Assembly: GCA_034432445.1 (NCBI GenBank)
Contig: DAOUBX010000124.1
Span: 8,571 to 72,570 of the forward strand
Length of the DNA stretch: 64,000 nucleotides
Direction of reading: 5' to 3'
Origin: Anaerolineales bacterium
GTDB taxonomy: Bacteria > Chloroflexota > Anaerolineae > JAAEKA01
The notes under the pieces were generated by a model. It searched no databases. It was not told the DNA's origin and saw only the letters and a program-made list of their open reading frames with translations. The translations under genes were made by a program, and so were the position numbers. Below are positions 10,340 through 19,539 of this stretch, piece after piece. Position 1 is the stretch's first letter. Each line of letters opens with the position of its first letter.

Positions 10340-11010
10340 CGCGGCGGTGCAGGCCGGCCTGAGTCGGCCTATCGCTTGAACTCAGGCTTCGGTCGGGCCT
10401 TGACGTCAGACCCGGCTGAAGCCTGAACTCCTGTTGTTTGCTGAAGCCTAGACTCCTGTCGTCTCTCCCTGTCGTCTGCGGCCCTGCAGAGCCCATGCGC
10501 TTGATTACTGCGTTGGCTGCCCCGGCCACGAAGGTGGCCGGGGCGCCTTGCGTCTGGCGGGCGTAGCCTACTCTCCACAGTCCACGAGGCTGACAACGGC
10601 GCAATTGCCCGGCGAACCTCCGCCTCGAACCGGCAGGTCAATGGGACACGGATGAAGGCGGACGAGCGCTGACGCCTTTGGCCTGAGCCGAGGTAACTGC
10701 TCAGGCGTGCCCCTAACCCAGGATTGGAAATCCCTGGCTGACAGTACGAAGGCCCCTCAGGGCCTGGCGGAACGTGTTCCCAGCGGCTGTGGCCGCTCAC
10801 CTGCACCTCGCCTGCGGCCCACCAGTCGCTTCGCTCCTTAAGGCTTCGTTGGCGCAGGCGCAGGTGTCGTGCTGTCAGACGGTGAACACTTGCACCTGCG
10901 ATGCAAGTGCAGGTGTTCCATTCACCGGGCTGAGTAGTTACCCCGAAAGGTCTCAACCGATCTCAAACACACCGGGTCCATTTGACTGCGCTTGCAGAAG
11001 GTAGCGTGCC
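10340..11010. promoter_or_regulatory. 670-bp repeat-rich non-coding leader upstream of the PLD-family gene
   Basis: It contains direct repeats CTGAAGCCTGAACTCCTG (10416-10433) and CTGAAGCCTAGACTCCTG (10441-10458), a CTGTCGTCT pair, and the perfect palindrome TGACGTCA inside a 9-bp-stem inverted repeat. The CACTTGCA...GATGCAAGTG...CCGGGCT motif (10887-10931) is also found at 6061-6098. The 25-mer GGTCTCAACCGAYYTCAAACACACC (10949-10973) is also found at 47945-47969. Confidence 0.5.
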
Positions 11011-13458
11011 ATGCCGGGGAAGCGGATAGCTAGGTGGTTAGGGATCGGCGGCATCGTGCTGCTGATCGTGCTAGCGGCAGTGCTCTTTTTCAGCCAAACT
11101 CAGCGCGGCCAGCCCGCTGCGCCGAGCCAGGCCGCGCCGCTGCCGGTGGTCACGGCGCCGGTGGAGCTGCTGGCCATGCCCGACGCCGGCAGCGCAGCAC
11201 TGCTGCAGGCCATCGACACCGCCGAGAGCAGCATCCGCCTCAAGATCTACCTGATCACCGATGAGGCCGTGGTGGAGGCATTGGGTCGCGCCGTGCAGCG
11301 CGGGGTGAACGTGCGCGTGCTGATCGAGGAGGCGCCCTACGGCGGCGGGGAGACCAACGCGCTGGCGACACAGGCGCTGCAGTCCGCCGGCGTGGACGTG
11401 CGCGGCCGGCCGGGCGTCTTCGTCTACAGTCACGAGAAGAGCCTAGTGGTGGACGACCGCCGCGCCTTCATCATGACGCACAACTTGACCCGCTCTTCCT
11501 TTGAGCGCAACCGAGAGTACGCGGTGATCGTCGACGATCCGGCCGTGGTGACGGAAGTGGCGCGGGTGTTCGACGCCGACTGGGAGCGCATCGAGCCAGA
11601 CCTGAGCGGGGCGCAGCTGGTGTGGAGCCCGGTCAACAGCCGGCCGCGCATCGCCGCCTTGATCGACAGCGCCCGAGTCAGCCTGGACGTGCAGCACACG
11701 TCGCTGCAGGACCCGGAGCTGATCGGCCGGCTGGCCGCCGCAGCCAGGCGCGGCGTCAGCGTGCGCGTGACCACGCCGGCCATCTACGACCCCGCCGAGT
11801 CGGAGTACGGCGCCATCGACGAGCTGTTTGCCGCCGGCGTGGCCATTCGCTTCCTGGACGAGCCCTACGTCCACGCCAAGGCAATGATCGCCGACGGCCG
11901 GCTGGCCATGGTTGGCTCGCAGAACTTGACCACCAACTCGCTGGAGAACAACCGCGAGCTGGGCATTATCTTCGACGACGCGGCCGCGGTGAACCAGTTG
12001 GCCGGTTACTTCCTGCGCGATTGGAACGCCGCCAAGCCGTGGGCCGGCCCGCAGCCCACGGCCACGCTGCCGGCCGGCGACGTCCTGCGCTGGGACCAGG
12101 TCGCCGGCTACGTGGGCCAGACCGTGACCGTCGAAGGCGATGTGATCGACACTTACGACAGCGGCAAGGTCACCTTTCTCAACTTCGACGAGGACCGCAC
12201 CTTCACCGTCGTGATCTTCGCCAGCGCTTACCCGGCCTTTCCTCAGCCGCCGGAGGACCTGTACTATCGCAAGCGGGTGCGGGTCACCGGCCAGATCAAG
12301 CTTTATCAGGACCGGCCGGAGATCATCGTCGAGTCGCCGGAGGCCATCGAAGTGGTGGCGGACCTGCTGGCGACGCGTGGCCAGCCACCGCCTACGCCTC
12401 CGGCCGACGGCGTGATCGACTGGCGCGAGGCCGGCCAGTACATCGGCCAACGGCTGGCCGTCGAGGGCGACGTCGTGCGCGTCTATAACAGCGGCAAGGC
12501 CGCCTTCCTCAACTTCGCGCAGGACTACCGCGGCCAGTTCTCGGTCGTGATCTTCGCCTCCGACTTCGACCGGTGGCCGCAGCCGCCCGAGCAGGTCTAC
12601 CTAGGCCAACGCGTGCGGGTGTCGGGCAAGATCAAGGAGTACCAGGGCGCGCCGGAGATCGTGGTCGAGTCGCCGGAGCAGATCGACATCCTGGGCCCGG
12701 CGGCAACGGCCACGCCGGATGCCGTGGCAGCCGAGCGGTCGGCGCCGGTCGACCTCGCCATCACCGTCCCGCCCACGGCCACCCTGCCCATCTCGTCCAC
12801 CGCAGCCATCACGCCCACCGCCAACCCCACACCCGCCGCCACGGCTACGCCGCTTCCGGTCATCCCCTGGCAGCAGGCCGCGGCCTACGAGGGCCAGGAG
12901 GCCACGGTGGAGGGCGTGGTGGTGGACAGCTACAAGTCCAACTCGGTGATCTTCCTCAACTTCAGCGAAGACCGCAGCGCCTTCAAGGCCGTGATCTTCC
13001 GCCGCGATTGGAGCAAGTGGCCGCAGTCGCCGGAGCTGCTGCTGCGGGGCGCAACGGTGCGCGTCAGCGGGCCGGTGCAGCTCTACCAGGGCGCGCCGGA
13101 GATCATCGTCGACGACCCGGCGCAGATCGAGGTCGTTGCCCCGCCGCCCACGCCCGCCGCGCCGCCGCCCTCGGCGCCCGTCCCCTGGCAAGAGGCGGCC
13201 GCCTACGCAGGTCAACGCGTCACGGTCGAGGGCGTGGTGGTGGACACCTACAAGTCGGACAAGGTGATCTTCCTCAACTTCGGCCCCCGCCGCAGCGACT
13301 TCAAGGTCGTGATCTTCGCCAGCGCCTGGGATCGTTGGCCGCAAACGCCCGATGCGCTCTACGACGGCAAGCGCCTGCACGTCACCGGCCAGGTCAAGCT
13401 CTACAACGGCGCGCCGGAGATCATCGTGGACGAGCCGGGGCAGATCGGTGAGCGGTGA
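11011..13458 (+). CDS. membrane-anchored phospholipase-D-family (2x HKD) protein with four C-terminal tandem OB-fold (BOF/tRNA_anti-like) repeats; putative extracellular nuclease
   Basis: An N-terminal TM helix is followed by two HxKx4D motifs (HEKSLVVD, HAKAMIAD...GSQN). Four ~95-aa repeats W..A.Y.GQ.VTVEG.V...Y.S.K..FLNF...F..VIF...WPQ.P..Y.G..V.V.G.I..YQGAPEI.V..P.QI are separated by PT-rich linkers. Confidence 0.75.
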   Translation: MPGKRIARWLGIGGIVLLIVLAAVLFFSQTQRGQPAAPSQAAPLPVVTAPVELLAMPDAGSAALLQAIDTAESSIRLKIYLITDEAVVEALGRAVQRGVNVRVLIEEAPYGGGETNALATQALQSAGVDVRGRPGVFVYSHEKSLVVDDRRAFIMTHNLTRSSFERNREYAVIVDDPAVVTEVARVFDADWERIEPDLSGAQLVWSPVNSRPRIAALIDSARVSLDVQHTSLQDPELIGRLAAAARRGVSVRVTTPAIYDPAESEYGAIDELFAAGVAIRFLDEPYVHAKAMIADGRLAMVGSQNLTTNSLENNRELGIIFDDAAAVNQLAGYFLRDWNAAKPWAGPQPTATLPAGDVLRWDQVAGYVGQTVTVEGDVIDTYDSGKVTFLNFDEDRTFTVVIFASAYPAFPQPPEDLYYRKRVRVTGQIKLYQDRPEIIVESPEAIEVVADLLATRGQPPPTPPADGVIDWREAGQYIGQRLAVEGDVVRVYNSGKAAFLNFAQDYRGQFSVVIFASDFDRWPQPPEQVYLGQRVRVSGKIKEYQGAPEIVVESPEQIDILGPAATATPDAVAAERSAPVDLAITVPPTATLPISSTAAITPTANPTPAATATPLPVIPWQQAAAYEGQEATVEGVVVDSYKSNSVIFLNFSEDRSAFKAVIFRRDWSKWPQSPELLLRGATVRVSGPVQLYQGAPEIIVDDPAQIEVVAPPPTPAAPPPSAPVPWQEAAAYAGQRVTVEGVVVDTYKSDKVIFLNFGPRRSDFKVVIFASAWDRWPQTPDALYDGKRLHVTGQVKLYNGAPEIIVDEPGQIGER

Positions 13459-13470
13459 ACAGTGAACGGT

Positions 13471-13512
13471 GAACGGGGGGGGAATATGCGGAGACTATTT
13501 GCCCCCCCGTTC
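13471..13512 (+). terminator. G8/C7 hairpin immediately downstream of the PLD-family gene stop
   Basis: GAACGGGGGGGG-19 nt-CCCCCCCGTTC forms an 11-bp stem. There is no U-tract. Confidence 0.4.
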
Positions 13513-13560
13513 CGCGCCTTCAAAGGCTTTCCCATCGGCCAGGACGAGGCGATCAATGGC
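13505..13560 (+). repeat. fragment copy (about 87% identity over about 45 nt) of the ~180-bp element that is complete at 14083-14262
   Basis: ttccgcgccttcaaaggctttcccatcggccaggacgaggcgatc here versus ttccgcgccatcgaaggcttccccatcagcgaggacgaggccatc at 14207-14251. Confidence 0.55.
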
Positions 13561-13658
13561 CCACCGGTGCGTCAATAGCCGGCGTGGCTGCGCAGACGTG
13601 CGGCGACCGGCAAGCTTGGCTTCAAATCGAGGCGGTGTCTTAATCGCCTTGACGACCA

Positions 13659-14009
13659 ATGGACATCAGCCACAAAAAAGGTACTGCGATGTTGTCACCC
13701 GAAGATCGTAGCGTAGCGAGAGCCTTCAAACGTCGCCTGCAACGAATCAGCCCCGTGTTGGACATGCGGGTCTATGGCTCACGCGCGCGCGGCGATGCCG
13801 CCCCAGACTCGGACCTGGACATTTATATCGAGATGGAGAGCGTCACACCTCAACTGCGCCGCCAAATCAGCGAGTTGGCCTGGGAGGTTGGCTTGGAGCT
13901 GGATCGGGTGATCTCGACCTTGGTGGTGACGCGTGAGCAGTTGGAGCATGGCCCGATGGGCGTCAATCCGATCATCCTCAACGTCCAGGCGGAGGGAGTG
14001 TCGCTGTGA
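13659..14009 (+). CDS. minimal nucleotidyltransferase (MNT/MntA-like, NTP_transf_2)
   Basis: The 116-aa protein has the GSRARGDAAPDSDLDI motif (GS-x9-DxD). Confidence 0.8.
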   Translation: MDISHKKGTAMLSPEDRSVARAFKRRLQRISPVLDMRVYGSRARGDAAPDSDLDIYIEMESVTPQLRRQISELAWEVGLELDRVISTLVVTREQLEHGPMGVNPIILNVQAEGVSL

Positions 14010-14350
14010 ACGAAGATCAGCTGCGCGACCTGCTGCGTTACCGTATGCGCCAGGCTGACGATAGCCTCCGCTCTCAATCGCACGCCATGCCCCAACAACT
14101 CCCCCTCCTCGCCGAAGAACGCGCTACCTACATCACTCAACGCGACGACACTGAGCGCACAGACGCCGTCGAGCGCCTGCGCGCCAAGCTGTTCGCCCCC
14201 ACCTTCCGCGCCATCGAAGGCTTCCCCATCAGCGAGGACGAGGCCATCCTGGCGCTGTCCGACCCACCGCACTACACCGCCTGTCCCACTCCCCTTCTGC
14301 CGCAGATCGTCGATCGCCGGAGGAGGGAACGAGCTTGGGCGTTGGTCTGA
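14006..14350 (+). CDS. small ORF overlapping the MNT stop (GTGA); possible MNT partner, but no clear HEPN Rx4-6H motif; spans the repeated ~180-bp element
   Basis: There is a 4-nt overlap with the upstream gene. The protein is low-complexity at both ends. Residues 29-87 are encoded by the element repeated at 13505 and 15400. Confidence 0.35.
   Translation: MNEDQLRDLLRYRMRQADDSLRSQSHAMPQQLPLLAEERATYITQRDDTERTDAVERLRAKLFAPTFRAIEGFPISEDEAILALSDPPHYTACPTPLLPQIVDRRRRERAWALV
14083..14262 (+). repeat. ~180-bp element (complete copy) recurring downstream of each TA cassette
   Basis: It begins cgccATGccccaacaactcccc and ends gcgctgtccgac. Partial copies are found at 13505-13560 and 15400-15535. Confidence 0.55.
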
Positions 14351-14363
14351 TCGGTGCTATAAT
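14335..14363 (+). promoter_or_regulatory. sigma70-like promoter for the AbiE-like pair
   Basis: TTGGGC-17 nt-TATAAT lies 50 nt upstream of ATG 14414. Confidence 0.4.
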
Positions 14364-14413
14364 CCGTCTGCCGGCAGCCGCGCCGGTATCCCAGAAGCAA
14401 ACGCCGATCAGCC

Positions 14414-14716
14414 ATGACTAGCGCCAGCATCCCCGGCGGCCTGTGGCCGCACTTCCAGGAATACGATCCCGCTCACTTGGACCGCGACCAGGACGCCGAC
14501 CTGATCATCCAGCGCACCCTGGAGTATGGCACGTGGGAGGAGGTCCGCTGGCTGTTGGCGACCTACGGCGTAGAGCGCACGCGCCAGTTCCTGCGCCTGC
14601 ACGGTGAGCGGCTGCTGTCGGCTGCGGCTTTCACCTACTGGCGCAAGCTGCTGGGTGTGCGGCGTTGGCGCCGTTCGCCGTTTGCGCAGGAGGCCCGGCA
14701 GGTATGGCCCTATTGA
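14414..14716 (+). CDS. small protein upstream of and overlapping the AbiEii-family gene; putative cognate antitoxin/partner
   Basis: The 100-aa protein has the W..FQEYD...LDRDQDADLIIQRTLEYGTWEEVRWL motif. Its stop overlaps the start of the next gene by 13 nt. Confidence 0.5.
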   Translation: MTSASIPGGLWPHFQEYDPAHLDRDQDADLIIQRTLEYGTWEEVRWLLATYGVERTRQFLRLHGERLLSAAAFTYWRKLLGVRRWRRSPFAQEARQVWPY

Positions 14717-15378
14717 CGCCCCACTGGGAGGCGCTGACACCCGACACGCGCGCAGCGTTCCACCTGGCCGCCGGACTGCCTTTCATCCGGCGCTACTACC
14801 TGGCCGGTGGCACGGGGCTGGCGTTGCACCTCGGCCATCGCTTTTCGGTCGATCTCAACTTCTTCTCCCCTGCCGCCGATGCCGTCGGGCCGGACGAACG
14901 TGCAGCAATGCAAGCGGCTTTTGCCAATCCGTCTTTGGTCATCACCCACGACAAGGACATGACCTTCGTCGCCACCTGGCAGGGCGTGGGGATTAGCTTC
15001 TTCCGGCTTGCGCTCTATCCGTTGGTGCAGGAGCCGCTCTTGCTGGAGGGCGTGCCGGTTGCCACCGTCGAGGAGATCGGCGCAATGAAGTTGGCGGCCA
15101 TCATGGCGCGGGGAACGCGTAAGGACTATGTCGATCTGTACTTCATCTTGCAGCGCACGCCGCTAGAGCGCCTGTTCGAGGTGGCGACTGTCAAGTATGC
15201 TCCGGTGCGCGCCTTTGCCGTCAGCGCCGTGCGCGCCATGACCTACTTCGTCGACGCTGAGGCCACCCCGATGCCCCAGATGATCGCACGCGCGTCGTGG
15301 ACAACCATCAAACGCTTCCTGGAACGCCAAGCCTTGGAGGCCGGCCGCCAGCACTTGGAAGACTTGTGGCCACAATAG
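14704..15378 (+). CDS. AbiEii/AbiGii-family nucleotidyltransferase (type IV TA toxin family, DUF1814)
   Basis: YLAGGTGLALHLGHRFSVDLNFF and KLAAIMARGTRKDYVDLYFIL match the family signature. Start chosen at ATG 14704 (MALLTPHWEAL); the ORF-track start at 14665 is less likely. Confidence 0.75.
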   Translation: MALLTPHWEALTPDTRAAFHLAAGLPFIRRYYLAGGTGLALHLGHRFSVDLNFFSPAADAVGPDERAAMQAAFANPSLVITHDKDMTFVATWQGVGISFFRLALYPLVQEPLLLEGVPVATVEEIGAMKLAAIMARGTRKDYVDLYFILQRTPLERLFEVATVKYAPVRAFAVSAVRAMTYFVDAEATPMPQMIARASWTTIKRFLERQALEAGRQHLEDLWPQ

Positions 15379-15399
15379 GCTCGTTGCCGGCCGCGCGTG

Positions 15400-15535
15400 C
15401 TTCCGCCATGCCTCACCAACTCCCCTCCTCGCCGAAGAACGCGCCACCTACACCACCCCACGCGACGAGACCGACCGCGCGGCCGCCATCGAACGCCTGC
15501 GCGCCAGGCTGGCCGACCCCACCTTCTGCATCATG
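15400..15535 (+). repeat. decayed third copy of the ~180-bp element (1-nt and 25-nt deletions relative to 14083-14262)
   Basis: atgcctcaccaactcccctcctcgccgaagaacgcgccacctac...gaggccatcctggcgctgtccgcc aligns with copy 2 but is out of frame. Confidence 0.6.
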
Positions 15536-15654
15536 AGGCCATCCTGGCGCTGTCCGCCCCGCTGTACGGATGGGCGCTGCCGGAGCGACTGCCAGGCTGG
15601 CCGGCAGGCTAACAGCGCTAGTCCTCAGCCTTTGACCGATCAGCCCACAGCAAT

Positions 15655-17004
<1,350 letters not shown>

Positions 17005-17214
17005 GGGGACTAGCAGCGACGCAGGCAGGTCGCTCTCCTGCCACCCGCTGGTGATGGGCTACATGGCTGGCGGTTCCCTGGCCGGCCGCCTGTGCCGCGA
17101 GCAGCACTCTGGCCTCGGCTAACCGTGACGCCGTCAAGCGCCCGGGGGCCCGCCGACGATTCGTTTATTCGTGCCCCTATTCGTGGTAGTCCTCAACTGA
17201 GCTGAGGTGTCAAG

Positions 17215-17628
17215 ATGGCCGTACAACAAGTGACGATTCGTCTGCCCGAAACCCTGTATCATCAGGTCAAAGCACGCGCCCGACGCACGCAGCGCACGAT
17301 CGAAGATGAAGTGGCGGCTGTGGTTGCAGCAGCGTTACCGGAGCTAGGCGACCTTCCGCATCCGAGCTCCGACGAGATGGAGCAGATGGCTTTAATGACC
17401 GATCACGAGTTGTGGCAGGCGGCCCGAGCCACGATGACAGTGACCGAGAGTCGGCGTATGCAAGCGTTCTTGCTCAAGCGTCAAGGAGAAGGACTATCTC
17501 TAGATCAGGAGGCTGAAGCAGAGCAACTTGTGCGGCGCCAGGAGCGACTGGTGCTGATCCGCGCCCGGGCGGCGGCATTGCTGAAGCAGCGCGGGCATGA
17601 TGTGGCAGACCTGATGAAGCTCCAATGA
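17215..17628 (+). CDS. ribbon-helix-helix (CopG-like) protein with helical C-terminal domain paralogous to the 17830 protein
   Basis: The N-terminus VTIRLPETLYHQVKARARRTQRTIEDEV is RHH-like. The C-terminus AFLLKRQGEGLSLDQEAEAEQL...LIRARAAALL aligns with SWLLEANRERQLSPQEEEELDHY...LSLLKAKA of the next gene. Confidence 0.5.
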   Translation: MAVQQVTIRLPETLYHQVKARARRTQRTIEDEVAAVVAAALPELGDLPHPSSDEMEQMALMTDHELWQAARATMTVTESRRMQAFLLKRQGEGLSLDQEAEAEQLVRRQERLVLIRARAAALLKQRGHDVADLMKLQ

Positions 17629-17733
17629 GTCGTGCTGGTCAACGCAAGGCGCTTGTAGATCGAGGCAGGATGGTATCCCGCCGGGGAGGTCGGAGGCGTG
17701 ATCAAGTTCATACCCAAAGCAGGGTGGAGACAG

Positions 17734-17766
17734 TTGACTTGACCAGACAAAGATGAGTGCTATAAT
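17734..17766 (+). promoter_or_regulatory. near-consensus sigma70 promoter (TTGACC-16 nt-TATAAT) in an AT-rich patch
   Basis: ttgacTTGACCagacaaagatgagtgcTATAATgacg lies 60 nt upstream of the 17830 start. Confidence 0.5.
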
Positions 17767-17829
17767 GACGTTAAGCCATACTGGGTTTTACGGACGGCAG
17801 CTGACCTGCGGATAGAACCGGAGCAACAC

Positions 17830-18081
17830 GTGACAACTACAGCATACTCCTTGCCTTTTTATGAGCAAGTGCTGGAATTCCTGGCGTCTGGGCCATCTTC
17901 CCAGGAAATCATGGCCTACAAGCCGCCAAAGGCGGCGCAAGCGCGCTTTAGCTGGTTGCTAGAGGCGAATCGAGAGCGCCAGTTGAGCCCTCAGGAGGAG
18001 GAGGAGCTCGATCACTACATTGCTATGGATCGCATGCTCTCTCTCCTCAAGGCCAAGGCTTCCACACGACTGGAGCAGTAA
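17830..18081 (+). CDS. small helical protein, paralogue of the 17215 C-terminal domain; candidate antitoxin/immunity partner of the HNH nuclease
   Basis: The 83-aa protein is 9 nt upstream of the HNH gene. Confidence 0.45.
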   Translation: MTTTAYSLPFYEQVLEFLASGPSSQEIMAYKPPKAAQARFSWLLEANRERQLSPQEEEELDHYIAMDRMLSLLKAKASTRLEQ

Positions 18082-18089
18082 CCAAACCC

Positions 18090-18521
18090 ATGGCTCAGGT
18101 TTCCGCTCAGCTCCGCAACTTTGTTGCGGCCCGCGCCATGGAAAGCTGCGAATACTGCCTGATACATGCCGCCTACACAGCTTTTGCGCATGAGGTTGAT
18201 CACGTCATTGCACGTAAGCATGGTGGGGCCACTGAGCCAGATAACCTTGCCTTTGCCTGCGCCCAGTGTAATCGCTTCAAAGGGAGCGACATTGCAGCAC
18301 CGGACCCAGTGAGCGGAGACATTGTCACTCTTTACAACCCAAGAACGATGAATTGGGGGGACCACTTTCGCTTGGATGAGCCGCGCATCATTCCTCTTAC
18401 TGCCTCAGGCCGAGCGACGGAACGCTTGCTCCAACTCAACCAGATCGATCGCCTGTTGCTGCGCAAGGAGTTGCTGGTCAAAGGGCGCTATCCGTTCTTT
18501 GCCGCCGGACACGCACACTAG
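18090..18521 (+). CDS. HNH endonuclease
   Basis: CEYC...HEVDHVIARKHGG...NLAFACAQCNRFKG is the HNH motif with its Cys ligands. Confidence 0.8.
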   Translation: MAQVSAQLRNFVAARAMESCEYCLIHAAYTAFAHEVDHVIARKHGGATEPDNLAFACAQCNRFKGSDIAAPDPVSGDIVTLYNPRTMNWGDHFRLDEPRIIPLTASGRATERLLQLNQIDRLLLRKELLVKGRYPFFAAGHAH

Positions 18522-18745
18522 GCATGCGATGACACCGTGGCTCGCCGGATCAGGCAACACATCCTCTGGCTCCGGCGACCGAGCGGCGCAATTGCAGGGC
18601 AAAGCGATTGTGTGCTACAATCAATGTCGGCAGGCGGTGCTCGAGAACACGGACGATACAGGCGCATACCATCGCCGTGGTTGAACTCTCCCCCTGCGCA
18701 CTAGCACAACTTCTGCCGACATCGTCAGGCTTCTGATGCTCTGCG

Positions 18746-19123
18746 TTGCGCGCAATAGGAGAGCTTATGGCTGTCTTGATGCAAGAATTACCAAGGCTGG
18801 GCAAGCTCGAAGTTGACGTCAAAGTGACTGCCGACGTCAACGTCACGGCCTTTTCAGCTCGCCAAAAGGTCGATAGCTTTGTGCTCAGCGAAATTAGCTA
18901 CATGATGCACGCTGGCGATCCAACGCTGGTTTTGGCCGACCACATCCTGTGGCGGGTGCCAGTCGTGTTGTCGCAAACGTCGCGCGGCGATGTCGGTGAA
19001 GTGGGGCACATCGATGTAGACATCGAAACGGGCCAATTGCTGGTTACACCTCAGATCGTTGCGGAGATCGAGACTCGTGCCGCAGCCATTGTTGAACGTT
19101 CCTCATCGCCAACAACAATCTGA
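18746..19123 (+). CDS. hypothetical protein (start uncertain; alternative Met at MAVLMQEL)
   Basis: The ORF overlaps the downstream peptidase gene; no recognisable motif. Confidence 0.35.
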   Translation: MRAIGELMAVLMQELPRLGKLEVDVKVTADVNVTAFSARQKVDSFVLSEISYMMHAGDPTLVLADHILWRVPVVLSQTSRGDVGEVGHIDVDIETGQLLVTPQIVAEIETRAAAIVERSSSPTTI

Positions 19124-19535
19124 CGGCGATTGCTTGGCCGCCTACGCAGCCATGGTGCTCAGCTACTGGGGACGCGAGATTTCTTACAGCTCGCTCTTGC
19201 GGCTGTTGCAGGTGCAACCTTATGGCGCACCCGCAGGCAACATCCGATTGCTGTCTAGTCTCGGTCTACGTGTCACCTATAGTACAACCAACCTGGCAGG
19301 CCTGCAATCGCTCCTCGATCAGGACAGTCCCGTAATCGTTTCCGTACGCACTGGGGAGTTGCCATACTGGGCCTACACGACCGATCATGCTGTCGTTGTA
19401 GTTGGATACGATGAAGGACACGTATACGTCAACGACCCTGACAGGTCCGAGTCTCCGATTATGGTATCAAGGGGTGACTTCGAGCTGGCGTGGCTAGAGC
19501 GCGACTACGCCTTTGCGTTGATCAAGCCGACCTGA
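19059..19535 (+). CDS. papain-like cysteine peptidase, C39-like (Peptidase_C39_2/BtrH-like)
   Basis: [20 protein letters not shown] carries the Gln/Cys active-site motif; [19 protein letters not shown] supplies the His. Confidence 0.6.
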   Translation: MRRSRLVPQPLLNVPHRQQQSDGDCLAAYAAMVLSYWGREISYSSLLRLLQVQPYGAPAGNIRLLSSLGLRVTYSTTNLAGLQSLLDQDSPVIVSVRTGELPYWAYTTDHAVVVVGYDEGHVYVNDPDRSESPIMVSRGDFELAWLERDYAFALIKPT

Positions 19536-19539
19536 TCCC

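Noticed and set aside
13455-15640. Integron cassette array with attC sites
   Set aside because: Not asserted, only noted as a hypothesis. The repeated 180-bp element shows no obvious R''-L''/L'-R' inverted-repeat architecture or GTTRRRY core, and no integron integrase is in the window.
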